From: Chiloscyllium plagiosum | Lineage: Eukaryota | DNA length: 64,000 bases | Assembly (NCBI RefSeq): GCF_004010195.1 | Contig: NC_057719.1 | Location: 35,154,137 to 35,218,136, forward strand | Direction of reading: 5' to 3' | Part shown: piece by piece, positions 34,075 to 46,000 of the stretch | Layout: each line of letters begins with the position of its first letter | Position numbering within the stretch: position 1 is the first letter of the stretch | Program-made: the position numbers and the translations under genes | The notes under the pieces: model-generated | Database searches by the model: none | Told to the model about the DNA's origin: nothing | What the model saw: only the letters and a program-made list of their open reading frames with translations

Positions 34075-34790
34075 AATGAAATAGAGGTAAATATCTTCAA
34101 CAATAAATCTACCAAGTTGATAAGATATCAAATCAACTTCACCACCAACAAATTTGTCATCCTCCTGCTGTCAAATGATATGTTCATTTTCATAATGTAG
34201 CAGATAATGTATGAAACATATATTACATGCATAATGTATGTATGTCACCACATGCTGACAAATTTGGAGATGGTGGGGTTTTATAATTTTGGAAAGGTGC
34301 ACATTGGTATGCAGCTACAGCTGTAGCCCTTTGGTCCACACTGAATGGAGGATGGAATTAAAGCAGGCATCATTGGACCCACCCTCTACTTACAACAGGA
34401 TGCTTTCTCCAGCCATCTACCAGATTTTTGGTGATGGTAGCCTATTGCACCATCATGGAGATGGTGGCATAACCATTCTGCCCTCCCAATTAGCATGTGA
34501 TTGCCAATAATTGACTACCAGCTTATTTTGGGCAGATATCTATTGCTGTTCCAAATTTATCTTCAATAAGATCACTTGGAGGCAAATCTTATTGTGTATA
34601 CAACCCAATGTGCACTTTTCCAAAATGACTCCCCTACCTCCAAAGCCATCTCCCTGTGGGTGATAAGATTTTGCACGTGACTTGCTAATATTATGGAAAA
34701 TAATATCATTTGACAGCAATGTGGTGAGGTTGACTTTATACTTTATTGTAGTAGATTTGCCGTTGAAAATATTTATTATATTTAGTGGAA
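34075..34790. repeat. Old fold-back element with degenerate inverted arms of ~200-250 bp
   Basis: taaatatcttcaac..aaatctac..tcaacttcaccac..tgctgtcaaatgatat..ttttggaaaggtgcacattgg recurs in reverse complement at ~34600-34785. Confidence 0.7.
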
Positions 34791-35167
34791 AATATATCCT
34801 GATCACTGTGGCTTGTACTGTTGAAAAATGATGTAATAATAAACTGATATGACTTCATGGACTGACAGTCTGAAAGGTTTGATGTGAATAAATTTAACAG
34901 ATTTGCCTTCTCAGAGATATTAAAAAAGTTATAACTAAACGCAATAGAGAAGCCAAAAGGGTCTACCACAGAACTGATAATGGACAGAGGTAGATTTAAA
35001 TACAGTAAAGAATAAGAATGAGAGAGTTCTGCACTTCAAAATACCTTTATTGACTTTTACAAAGCTACTATAAATGGATTTTTTAGGACAAGTGAATCAA
35101 AAAATTTTATGGAAGAATTACTTCAGGATCATATTAATAACTACTTTATATAATCTTTTAAATTTAG

Positions 35168-35200
35168 AGGACCAAAACACCAGGAAACATTGCTTCCCAG
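35168..35200 (+). CDS. Candidate 33-nt symmetric phase-1 exon (DQNTRKHCFP)
   Basis: T-rich tract plus TTAG acceptor, consensus CAG|GTAAGT donor, open in phase 1. Confidence 0.3.
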
Positions 35201-35340
35201 GTAAGTACACATATAAGCTTGCTTATGGAATAAAGACAGGGTGTATTTATTTTTAATTCACAACCTTTTTATGTGAATTTCTAACAGTTAAATCAGAGGA
35301 ATGAACAATATATTGTGCTAATATCGTACAGACTATCTAA

Positions 35341-35505
35341 TGATTTGGAGGTGCCAATGTTGGACTGGGGTGTACAAAGTTAAAAATCACACAACACCAG
35401 GTTATAGTGCAACAGGTTTATTTGGAAGCACTAGCTTTCGGAGCGCTACTCCTTCATCAGGTAGTTGTAGAAAATAAGACCGTAAGACACAGAATTTCTA
35501 GCAAA
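35341..35505 (-). mobile_element. PLE family-2 terminus
   Basis: Shares its terminus ggcacctccaaatca with 4615-4629; near-TSD AGACTATYTAA at 35330-35340 and 35506-35516. Confidence 0.75.
35432..35460 (-). ncRNA. Minimal hammerhead ribozyme, family 2, intact core
   Basis: Minus strand UAC-CUGAUGA-A-GGAG-UAGCG-CUCC-GAAA-GC-UA-GUG, with palindromic AGCU at stem III. Confidence 0.7.
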
Positions 35506-37793
35506 AGACTATTTAAGTGAGTGGAAATAATAATCTTAGCTTGTGCCTTGTGACCAGACTTTTCAAACTTCAGGAGAGGAATTACTTGTACGAGAATTTC
35601 CAACCTCTGTGTTCCTGTGGCTGTAGAGCTTATATCGCTGGTCCAGTTACATTTCTAATCAATATCAACTCCACGGTAATTGATAGTGGAGAGATTCAAC
35701 AAGTGAAGTAATGCTGAATCTCAAGAAGAGATGTTAGATTTTCTCTTGATGAAATGGTCATTGCTTTGTATATGGATGACACTAATGTTACTTGACACTT
35801 AACCAAAGTCTGAATGTTGCCCAGGTCTTACTGCATGCAGGTACAGTTTTAGTTTCTGAGGAGCTTCAAATGGTACTAATTACTATTCGATCATCAGTGA
35901 AAATACCCATTTCTGACATTAGATTGGTGGGAAGTAGCTGAAAATAGTTGTGGACATAGGATTGGGATGAGCGGCCTCCAACAATCTCAAACATGTTCTT
36001 TTGTGCCAAATATGACTTCAGTCAAAGGATTTTTTCCGCTCTTTATTCCAATTGTCTTCAATTATGCTATGGCTTCTTGGTACCAACTTCAGAAAAATGT
36101 TGTCCAGATGTCAAAGGCAGTCACTCTCAGGTCATTTTTGCAATTCAATTCTTTAGTCTGTGATGACCAAGGTTGACCTGAGTGGCCTTGGCAGAATTCT
36201 GACTGAGAATTACTGAGTTGGTTGTTGCTAAGTAATTATTTTGTGATAACAACTGACAACACTTTCACTCATTTTGCTAATAATTGAGAGTAGACTATTG
36301 GTTGTATTTTATTTAATGTGCTTTTCATGAGCAGGACCAATCTGGGAATGATTCAATATTGGGTTGATGCCTATGTTGTAGTTTTACAGGAACAGCTTGG
36401 CGAAGGGCACAGTTAGTCTGAAACACAAATATTTGAATCATACAGGCGTAAGGACACATGTGGTTGTTGTTGTTCTTGTGTACAGTGTTTTTTTTGGGTT
36501 TTTTGGTGATCTCACTTGGTTCTATCCATAGTATATTGTGTCTAAGTCGTCCTCTAAAACTTCACCGGGTTGCCACCTCATTTTAAGTGTGACTAGTGCT
36601 GCTCCTGCATGGTGTCCTTCACTCTTCATTGAACTAGGGTTGATCCAGTGACTTGATCACAATAGAGTAACAATACAGGTGTGTCATTAATTGTCAATTA
36701 TAGTAAAGAGAAATAAATTCTTTGAATATAATTTGCAGTCAGCAATATAGTGTTCATCGTCAGGGACAGATGATCCATTTATCCATAAAATATGCACTAA
36801 TGTGTCTATTGCAAACAATTTCATACACTGCAGGTTGTGAAAGCCAATTTGGTTAAAACCTACATACCATCACTAATGGGAAAAATATATTTGTTATTGA
36901 TTGTACTTTGTATTGTTATAACTGTAGAGGGCTATCGGATGGGAGCAAGCAAATCAATTCTACTCCAGGGTCTCTTATGTTGAAGTCTACATTTGAAAAT
37001 AATTCAGACTGGAATAAAAATTGCCATGTAATTACACCACCCCAAGTTATGAGCAACAGAAGTTGTTGTAAAGATTTGCCAAAGCTGAAAATTCCAAAAG
37101 CTGAATAAAGTAACTTCTACACTGTGCTTTCTGCTTTGATTCAAATGAAAGATTGTGAAAGAGTTTTTTTTTCAACACACTTATAGGGGAAACTTGAGTT
37201 ATATCCAAAAAAAATTAATATCTTCAAAAAATTTCCAGATCATATGTGCTCCATTTGATTTTTTTGAAACTAATCTTCTACATGCCTTTAAGATGTAATT
37301 GTTACATTGTAATATTGAATTTAACTTTGTTGAATGTTTTTAAGAGGTTAAACAAGTATAGGTTGCCTGCACCAGACCAATCTTGATTTTGTTGCTTCAT
37401 GCAATTAGCATAGCGGTCATAAACACTGCAAATTTACTTTTAAAATGGAATCAATGTATACAGATGAAAAGGGTATGGGGGGGGGGGGGGGGGGGGGGAT
37501 GTAGGACAGGGAAATTAGACTACCATAGACATTTCTTTTGATGCTGGTGCCAAGAATCAGATGATTTTTCTGTATTGTAAAATTGTATGATTTCCATTTT
37601 GGAGTCTTGATATTTTTCTTTTGTTCACACATTCCTGAGCAAGAGACTGCTTGAAGGCAAGACTGTGCAAGTTGTGCATTAGTTAAAACACCATTTAAAA
37701 CTGTATGCTCTAAGTTTAAAAGAGTGCTTTCACTTACATTATATCAATTGGAGTAATCCCATTTTGCGATTCTGTTGCTTTCTCACTCTCCAG

Positions 37794-37889
37794 GCAGAGA
37801 AAGCAAGAGAAACATCATGCGGGTGCCCACAAACCCCACTGATGAGCAGACTTTGAAGAGAGCTGATAAAAAGAGACAGAGAAAGCAAG
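37794..37889 (+). CDS. Candidate 96-nt symmetric phase-1 exon (RESKRNIMRVPTNPTDEQTLKRADKKRQRKQ)
   Basis: Strong acceptor ttctgttgctttctcactctccag|, donor AAG|GTAGAG, purine-rich, open in phase 1, 1.3 kb upstream of the first kinase exon. Confidence 0.45.
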
Positions 37890-38801
37890 GTAGAGAAAAT
37901 GAGGTCATAAGAAAATGCAGGATAGAAAAGGCATTTGAGATAAATAAATAAATGCCACTTTTACACTTTGATATGATCAAGGTTACCGTTTTGGTTCTGT
38001 TATCATAGAAAATTTACAACACAAGAAGCCATTTGACCATTCATATCTGTACAGTACTGGTGACAAAAAGCTACCCATCTTTATCAGTATTAGGTTTGAA
38101 GCTGACAGATACGGCAATTCAAGTAGACATTTTGAAATAAAGCGAGAGTGTCTGTCTCGACCACCCGTTCCGAATGAGAGTTCCAGGTTCCGAGCACAGT
38201 GATCTCAAACATTGAGAAGTTAGGGAAGCAAAGCGATGAAATTGCTCACTAGATCATTTTTGGTGTTAAAAGCTAGCCTTTCAGTTCGTGAAGCATCATT
38301 CCATGTGATTTTGGGTACCAAATGCTGTACAATCAGTGGAATGTGAAATCAACTTAACTATAAATAATTCCAGATAAGACGGCTGGATGCCAAAAGCACT
38401 AACTATCCAGCAGTAAAAAAAATCCGCTTTCTAAAGGCTGGGCCACTAACTGGAGTAATGGAATCAGTCACGATGCATCACCACATATATAATGAGGCTA
38501 TCTGAGATGGACTGCTGAACGCGGGGCCCGACCTAATGGTCATGAGGTTGCCGCTTTAAGCTGTGCCGATGCCCTCGGTGTAGGACGGGCGACCAAACCA
38601 CCCCGGCCATTGTCATTTTTAAAATATTGATCAGTTTTAGAGAAGAACACGTACAAAAGGTTGACTGCTATCCAGTATAAGGATTTAATTTTTGTAAAAA
38701 ATATGGCTTACAAATTAAGGGCACACTGTCCGTTCACAAAAGAAGGATTCTGCCCCCATCCAAAAGCGGCTCGAGCTGGCAGCAACGGGCAGCTGTGTCC
38801 G

Positions 38802-38815
38802 GTCTCCATGGCAAC
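38802..38815. promoter_or_regulatory. RFX X-box in a CpG-rich proximal MOK promoter region (~38500-38880)
   Basis: GTCTCCATGGCAAC fits the near-palindromic X-box consensus and lies about 365 bp upstream of the first kinase exon of a ciliary kinase gene. Confidence 0.7.
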
Positions 38816-39178
38816 GATGCGAGATTGCGGCACGCGGCCTGTGGTCAATGCTGCTCGAATTCCCTACCTTCGTTCGCGATGATGTTTCATACTGAAAACT
38901 AAATTAGGCATTTAACTTTTGGTTTGTGTCCCTAATTTAAAACCACGAATCGAGTAAGAATGATCACTTTTTAAAAAACTACAAAATTTAACAGTGAGAG
39001 CCTGCCATCTTATGCACACCTGGGTTTTTGTGCGAGCCTAATAGCGAGATATGTGAGCCTGGTGTTTGCGAATGGCATGCGATCTACCAGTGTAAATTTC
39101 AATCAAACATGGAGTCGTCCACGTCTGCTGTGAGCCAGTAATGCATTTTTTAATCAAGTACTCTTCTTTTGAAAAAAG

Positions 39179-39293
39179 ACTACCGACTAATATCTAAAAT
39201 AGGCGAAGGGACATTTTCGGAGGTCTGGAAGGCGCAAAGCTTAAAAGATGGAATCTACTACGCTTGTAAAAAGATGAAACAACATGTCGAAAG
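39179..39293 (+). CDS. MOK: MOK kinase exon with the Gly-rich loop and catalytic Lys (equivalent to mammalian exon 2)
   Basis: AG|AC TAC CGA...GAA AG|GTAAAT, 115 nt, encoding YRLISKIGEGTFSEVWKAQSLKDGIYYACKKMKQHVES versus recalled human MOK YKAIGKIGEGTFSEVMKMQSLRDGNYYACKQMKQRFES. Confidence 0.95.
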
Positions 39294-39726
39294 GTAAATT
39301 GATTTTATAATCACCTAATGAAATTACCTTTCTGAGATAACTTAATATGATGTTTTCTTTTAAATCCAAGGAGCTATTTTAGTCGAACTTACCAAGTGCA
39401 AGTTATTTGTACTACTTGTTAAAAGCGGTCATTGGAATTTATTCGAATATATTTTAATTACAATGGACCTTGGTTTATCAGCACGAGATTTTAAAAATAA
39501 TTTTTTTGATACTGACCATTTATGTAGTTCAATGTTGTCACTTTTAACTCGGAGAAAGCAAAAGCTTCCTAAAAACAACCAACTGTACTGTACCATTGGA
39601 ATTCTCAAGATCAGTCCCAGTATGTCTACCTTGATTCGAAATTTATTTAATCGGGTTGCTGCTGTAGTAAGAAGCTAAGTTAAAATATAACGAATAAAAA
39701 CCGAAAGAACTACAGATGCTGTGAAT

Positions 39727-40020
39727 CGCACGGTGGTTCAGTGGTTAGCACTGCTGCCTCACAGGTTCGATTCCAGCCTTGGGTGACTGTGTGGAGTTTG
39801 CACATTTTCTGCGTGGGTTTCCTCCCACAATCCAAAGATGTGCAGCTCAAGTGAATTGGCCTCGCTAAATTGCCTATAGTGATCACTATGATATCATAGT
39901 GATAGGTGCGTTAGTCAGAGGGAAGTCGGCCTGGGTTGGGTTACTTTTGGAGGGGTTGGTATGGACTGGTTGGGCTGAAGGGCCTGTTTCTATACTGTAG
40001 GGAGTCTAATCTAACCTAAA
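39727..40020 (+). mobile_element. HE1-type SINE
   Basis: gcacggtggttcagtggttagcactgctgcctcacag...gtggagtttgcaca...gggcctgtttctatactgtag plus ctaatctaa tail. Confidence 0.85.
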
Positions 40021-40576
40021 ATCAGACACATACAAAAAAGAAACTGCTGGAAAAGCTAGCAACATCAGTGGAGAGAAATCAGAGTTAACGTTTCGGTTCG
40101 GGTGACCCGTTCTCATAAAATATAACGTGCTATGTAACGACGTCTGTAATGTGACCCTTTTTTTAAAAACAGAAAAAACCCCAATGAACTGCGAATGCCG
40201 GAAATCCGAAACAAAAACAGAAAACGTGGCTGGATCCAAACCGTTAACTCTGCATTTTCCCCACGATGTTGACATTGAGTTTTTCCTAGCAGTTTCTATT
40301 TTTCTTTACTTTTTTAGTATTCATTGTGGGCTTCACTGGCTGGGCAAACATTTCTCACCCATCCCTAATTTCCCCAGAGGGCAGTTAAGAGTCAACCACC
40401 CTTGTGGTCAGATCAGGCAACTTCTTTGCCTAAAAAGAACAAAAACCAGATTCTTTTTCCCAACTATGGCAACAGTTTGATGGGAGCTAGGATCCTGGAA
40501 ACATGCACGGATTAACAACACGAGGAGCTGCTTTAGAATTTTGGGTTGAAACAGGGAACTAGGTTTTAAAAAATGT

Positions 40577-40670
40577 AATCCTCATGAAAGGCTCTTGCCT
40601 GAAACGTTGATTCCCCTGTTCCTCGGGTGCTGCCTGATCTGCTGTACCTTTCCAGCACCCCACTCTCGAC
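40577..40670 (+). mobile_element. Solo degenerate PLE family-1 terminus starting at the hammerhead
   Basis: atcctcatgaaaggctcttgcctgaaacgttgatt...tgctgcctga..ctgctg. Confidence 0.65.
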
Positions 40671-40744
40671 TTAAAACAAGTAGAAATGGAAATTAATATA
40701 TTGGACAAACTGGGGCTTCATTTGATATACATAATAGTTTAATT

Positions 40745-40930
40745 GGGCGGCACGGTGGGCGGCACGGTGGCACAGTGGTTAGCACTGCTGCCTCGCAGCG
40801 CCAGAGATCCGGGTTCAATTCCCGCCGTGGTTTGTGCTTCGGCGGGGCGGTGTGGACTTGTCGGGCCGAAGGGCCTGTTTCCACACTGTAAAGTAATCTA
40901 AAAAAAAAATCTAATCTAATCTAATCTAAT
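40745..40930 (+). mobile_element. Internally deleted HE1-type SINE with a 12-bp 5' tandem duplication
   Basis: (GGGCGGCACGGT)x2, tRNA head joined almost directly to the 3' tail, (ATCTA)n. Confidence 0.85.
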
Positions 40931-41299
40931 TCATCAACTATGTTATCTGCAAATTTAAACTTTTTTTCCCTTCTGAGAACTCAGGAAACAGTATTTGACA
41001 AGGGTGGGGAGTTCAATTCCAATGTGGATGAGATGTGGGTTGGGGAAGGGGGGAGGCAATGTGCAAACGTGATCTGGAGATATTGAGATGGTGCATAGTG
41101 CAGAATGAACTAACTAGAGATGGAAAATCAATATCAATGGTACAGTAGAGAGTGAATGACATGGTATGAGTAATTTTAGGTGAGTTAGATGTGGTAGACT
41201 CAGCATAGATGAACTGAAAAGGGCCTGTTAGTTCTGTCCTAAGCTCACAGCCTTGCTTTGAATGAATTCAGTCTAGTTACTTTTGATATGTTAAGTAAG

Positions 41300-42025
41300 G
41301 TGTTGACAAGGTTCCCCATGGAAGACTGATTAGCAAGGTTAGATCTCACGGAATACAGGGAGAAGTAGCCATTTGGATACAGAGCTAGCTCAAAGGTAGA
41401 AGACAGAGGGTAGTGGTGGAGGGTTGTTTTTCAGACTGGAGGCCTGTGACCAGTGGAGTGCCACAAGGATCGGTGCTGGGTCCTCTACTTTTTGTCATTT
41501 ACATAAATGATTTGGATGTGAGCATAAGAGGTACAGTTAGTAAGTTTGCAGATGACACCAAAATTGGAGGTGTAGTGGACAGCAAAGAGGGTTACCTCAG
41601 ATTACAACAGGATCTTGACCAGATGGGTCAATGGGCTGATTAGTAGCAGATGGAGTTTAATTCAGATAAATGCGAGGTGCTGCATTTTGGGAAAGCAAAT
41701 CTTAGCAGGACTTATACACTAAGGTCCTAGAGAGTGTTGCTGAACAAAGAGACCTTGGAGTGCAGGTTCATGCTCCTTGAAAGTGGAGTCACAGGTAGAT
41801 AGGATAATGAAGAAGGCGTTTGGTATGCTTTCCTTTATTGGTCAGAGTATTGAGTACAGGAGTTGGGAGGTCATGTTGCGGACATTGGTTAGGCCACTGT
41901 TGGAATATTGCATGCAATTCTGGTCTCCTTCCTATCAGAAAGATGTTGTGAAATGTGAAAGGATTCAGAAAAGATTTACAAGGGTGTTTCCAGGGTTGGA
42001 GGATTTGAGCTATAGGGAGAGGCTG
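41300..42025 (+). mobile_element. CR1 RT fragment
   Basis: SGVPQGSVLGPLLFVIYINDLD...KFADDTK; very similar to 12200-12365 where they overlap. Confidence 0.9.
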
Positions 42026-42329
42026 TACTTAATAGTAAAAATAAACTCCCACTCACCCAAAGCTTTTAAATCTCAAGTGTTAATTTCTTCTTAAAATTAA
42101 CAAGCCTCCACTCAAACCCCATACCAAAGACAGCTAATGTTTTTAGGTTTAAAATTGTTAATCAAGTTGTGAATTCTAAACCCCAGCTGAGATAATTGTA
42201 GCTTTTGAAACCCAGCCAAACATTTATAATGACACTATAATACTACTTGATCAATAAAGTGCTTTATTGAAACCTCATGATCAGATGTTAATGTTTTTCT
42301 AATCTCCAGCTGATGTCCCATCAGACCAT

Positions 42330-44370
42330 AGAGTCATAGCATGGAAAGAAACCTTTCAGTCTAACTCATCCACGCCAAGTTTCCCAAACTAAATTAGTCC
42401 CATTTATAGAGTTGTAAAGATGAACAACACGGAAAAAGATCTTTCGGTCCAACTCGTCCATGCCATCCAAAATATCCTAGCCTAATCTAGTCCCATTTGC
42501 AAGCACTTGGCCCATATTCCTCTAAACCCTTCCTATTCATATACCCATCCAGGTGCCTTTTAAATGTTGTAATTGTACATGCCTCCAATGTTTCCTCTGG
42601 CAGCTCATTCAATACACGTACCACCCTCTGTGTGAAAAAGTTGCCCATTGGGTCCCTTTTAAATCTTTCCCCTCTCACCCTCAACCTGTGCCTTTTAGTT
42701 CTGGACTCCCCCCACCCCAGGAAAAATATCTTGTCTATTTACCCTATTCATGCCCCTCATGATTTTGTAAACCTCTATAAGGTCACCCCTCAGCCTCCGA
42801 TGCTCCAGGAAAAACAGCCCCCAATCTACTCCCTATAGTTCAAAACCTCCAACCCTAGCAACATCCTTGTAAATCTTTTCTGAATCCTTTCAAGTTTCAG
42901 AACATCCTTCAGATAGGAAGGAGACCAGAAGTGTCCTAACCAATGTCCTGTACAGCCACAACATGACCTCCAACTCCTCCCAATGCTCTGACCAATAAAG
43001 GAAAGCATGCCAAATGCCTTCTTCACTATCCTATTCACCTGTGACTCCACTTTCAAGGAACTATAAACCTGTACTCCAAGGTCTGCATTTGGCCCATAAG
43101 CCTCAACTTTCTTATTCATGTATCTATCTAACTATCTTTCAAATGTTGTAACTATACCTGAATCTAACACTTCCTCTGGAAGTTCATTCCACATATGAAC
43201 CACCCTCTAGGTTGCTGTTCAGTTTCCTTTTAAATCCTTCTCCTTTCACCTTTCTTTAAAAAAAGACCCTCCAGTTTTTAATTCTCTCACCCTTGGGAAA
43301 AGACCTTTGCTGTTCTTGTCTGTGACCCTCATGATTTTATAAGCCTCTGTAAGGTCACTCCTTAACCTGCTACATTCCAGTGAAACTGGTCCCAGCCTAT
43401 CCAGCCTCTTCTTTATAACTCAAATTTTCTAGTCATGGCATCCTCCTGGTAAATCTTTTTGGAACCCTCTCCAATTTAATAATGTCCTTCTTATGTCAGG
43501 GAAACCTGCAAATGGAGAAAGACTGCGGAAAGTTACAAAATAGAATGATTTGGACATCCTTGTACATGCTGAGTAGGAAAGTCTTTCTGTAACTGTAACA
43601 GGTGCTGGAGAAATCCCATCTGGAATACTGTGAGCTGTGTTGGTCCCCTTAAGAAAATATATTATTTCACTAGAGTTAGTTCAGAGAAAGTTCACTAGGA
43701 TGATCCCTGGTGTCAGTGGATGGCTTGAAAAGCAAAGGTTATATACACTGGGACTCTACTCACTGTAGATTAGAAGAATGAGAAATTATCTAATTGAACC
43801 ATATAGGATTATTAAAGGGCTTGACAGGGTAAATGCTAAGAGGAGGTTTCCCTCATGGGAGAGTCTACGACCAGAGGGACACAGTTTGAGATGAGGAGGA
43901 ATTTCTTCTCTGAGGGTTGAGAGTCTTTGGGACTCCAGAAAACTGTGGGACAGAGTCCTTATTTATATTTAAAGCTGAAATAAATTCTCGATCATCCAGG
44001 GAATCAAATGTTGTGGGGAGCACACAGGAAAGTGGATGTGAAGAATTATCCATGATCCTATCAAATGGTGGAACAGGCTCAAGGTGCCGAACAGTCTACT
44101 CATGTTCTTATCTCTTATGTGGTCTTAAGGAATCACAAAAAGCCAAAACTCGAATACAGTGAACAGTAGGGAAAAGAAATGGAATGTTGGCCTTTATTTC
44201 AAAGGTGCTTAAGTTTAAAAGCAAGGAGGTTTTTGCTATAACTATTCAAGGCACAAGTCAGACCACAGCTGGAATACTGTGAATAGTTTTGGGCCCTTAT
44301 CTAAGGAATGATGTACTACCATTGGAGGAAGTCCAGAGAAGGCTCACTATGCTGATACTGGTATGAAAGG
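42330..44370. mobile_element. Cluster of nested CR1 3' fragments (minus ~42330-43500, plus ~43500-44370)
   Basis: ORFs 42487-42684 (NFFTQRVV) and 42826-43119 (KKAFGMLSFI), plus CR1 3' tails. Confidence 0.75.
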
Positions 44371-45174
44371 TACAGTATAAATGCAAGTCTTGCTTTAGCA
44401 GGGAAGGTTAATTCCAGGTTACCATTGATGGTAGTTTTTGGTACGTCACAGAAGCAGTTTAGTGGCATCAAGGTGGCCATGATTCTGAATTTGCTGTTTT
44501 AATATTGATTCAGTGCCCAGCTGGGGCTTTTCTTCAGTGTCTTAGTCTCTACTGCTGCTTAGACAATCTGACTAAACAAACAACAGCCACCAGCATCCTG
44601 TACATTCTCTCAACAACATCCCCTGCAAGGAAACTTAGAAACACAGTTTAAAGAGGGAGTAAATTCAGTCCTTCACTGATAACAGTCTGTGCTCAGTTAT
44701 GTTACAGCACAAGCTTCACAGATGTTGCTGAAATATAATTATGTCTAATATTTACAAAGTAAGAATATATTTCACTATAAATTAATTAAAGTTCCCTTTA
44801 ACAATCTCAGTAACTGTGGTATCTTTGCAGGGGAGAGGTAAAGGTCTATTTAGATTAACCATGACCATTAATGCTCACCAATTATTAATCTGGTTGACTT
44901 GAGGATATCTCTTGAAATCATCTTTCACCATTTTACATGATACTCTTGGGGTACCAGCATACTACAGTTGGAAAATTAGCTCTGACTATTGCTCTGCTAT
45001 TTCTTGTTTGTTATTTTTTCCATTTTGCTAAACAAATTTTAATTCTATTAACTTCATTGACACTATCACAATTTGAGTTGTGATGAATATTGTCAAATGG
45101 ATAAACAAGCATTTTAGTTCAAGTTGGCCAAGTATTTCTGTGGGTTAGAGGCCATTTGTGCACATATATGATTA

Positions 45175-46000
45175 TAAGAGTCATACAGCACAGAAACAGA
45201 CCTTCGGTCTAACTCATTCATGTTACCAGGTTTCCTAAATTAAACCCAGTCCCATTTCCTGTGTTTGGCCCATATCCCTCTAACCCTTTCCTATCCATCT
45301 ACCTGTCCAAATGTCTTTTAAATGCAGTAATTGCACCCTCCACTGCCACTTCCGTTGGCAGTTCATTCCATATATGTACGCCCCTCTCTGTGAAAAATGT
45401 TAGTAAGCTCCTCTCTTATATCTTGGCTAGTCACCTAATCTATGCCTCTCACGATTCTGTGAACTTCTGTAAGGTCAGCCCTTAGCCTCCAACAATCCAG
45501 GGAATAAAGTCCTAATCGTCCAGCCTCTCCTTATAATGCAAACCTTCCAGTTTGGTAACATATTTGTAAATCTTTTCTGCACCCTTTTCAGTTTAATAAC
45601 ATCCTTCCTATAGCAGGGTGATCAGAATTTTATACAATATTCTAAAAGTGGCCTCATGAATGCCCTGTATTGCTGCAATATGATGTCCCACCTCTTGTAC
45701 TTGGTAATGTGACGAATGAAGGTAATCATGTGAAATGCCTTTTTCACCAATTTACCTGCAACCTCCCTTTTAAGGAACAATGTACCTGTACCCTGGGTTT
45801 CTCTGTTTGACAACACTCCCGAGAGACTTACCATTAACAACGTAAGTCCTGCTGTGGTTTGTCTTATCAAAATACAACACCTTGCATTTATCTGCATTAA
45901 ACTCCATTTGCCACTCCACGGCCATTGGTCCAGCTGATCAGGATCTTATTGTACTCTTAGATAACCTTCTTCATTGTCCACCAATTTTGGAGTCACCTGC
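45175..46000 (-). mobile_element. CR1 3' fragment
   Basis: ORF 45622-45897 (VKKAFHMITFI..RPLLEYC) and a CR1 tail. Confidence 0.75.

Noticed and set aside
36908..37108. 66-aa ORF as another MOK upstream exon
   Set aside because: It ends in a stop before any convincing donor and has no recognisable homology.
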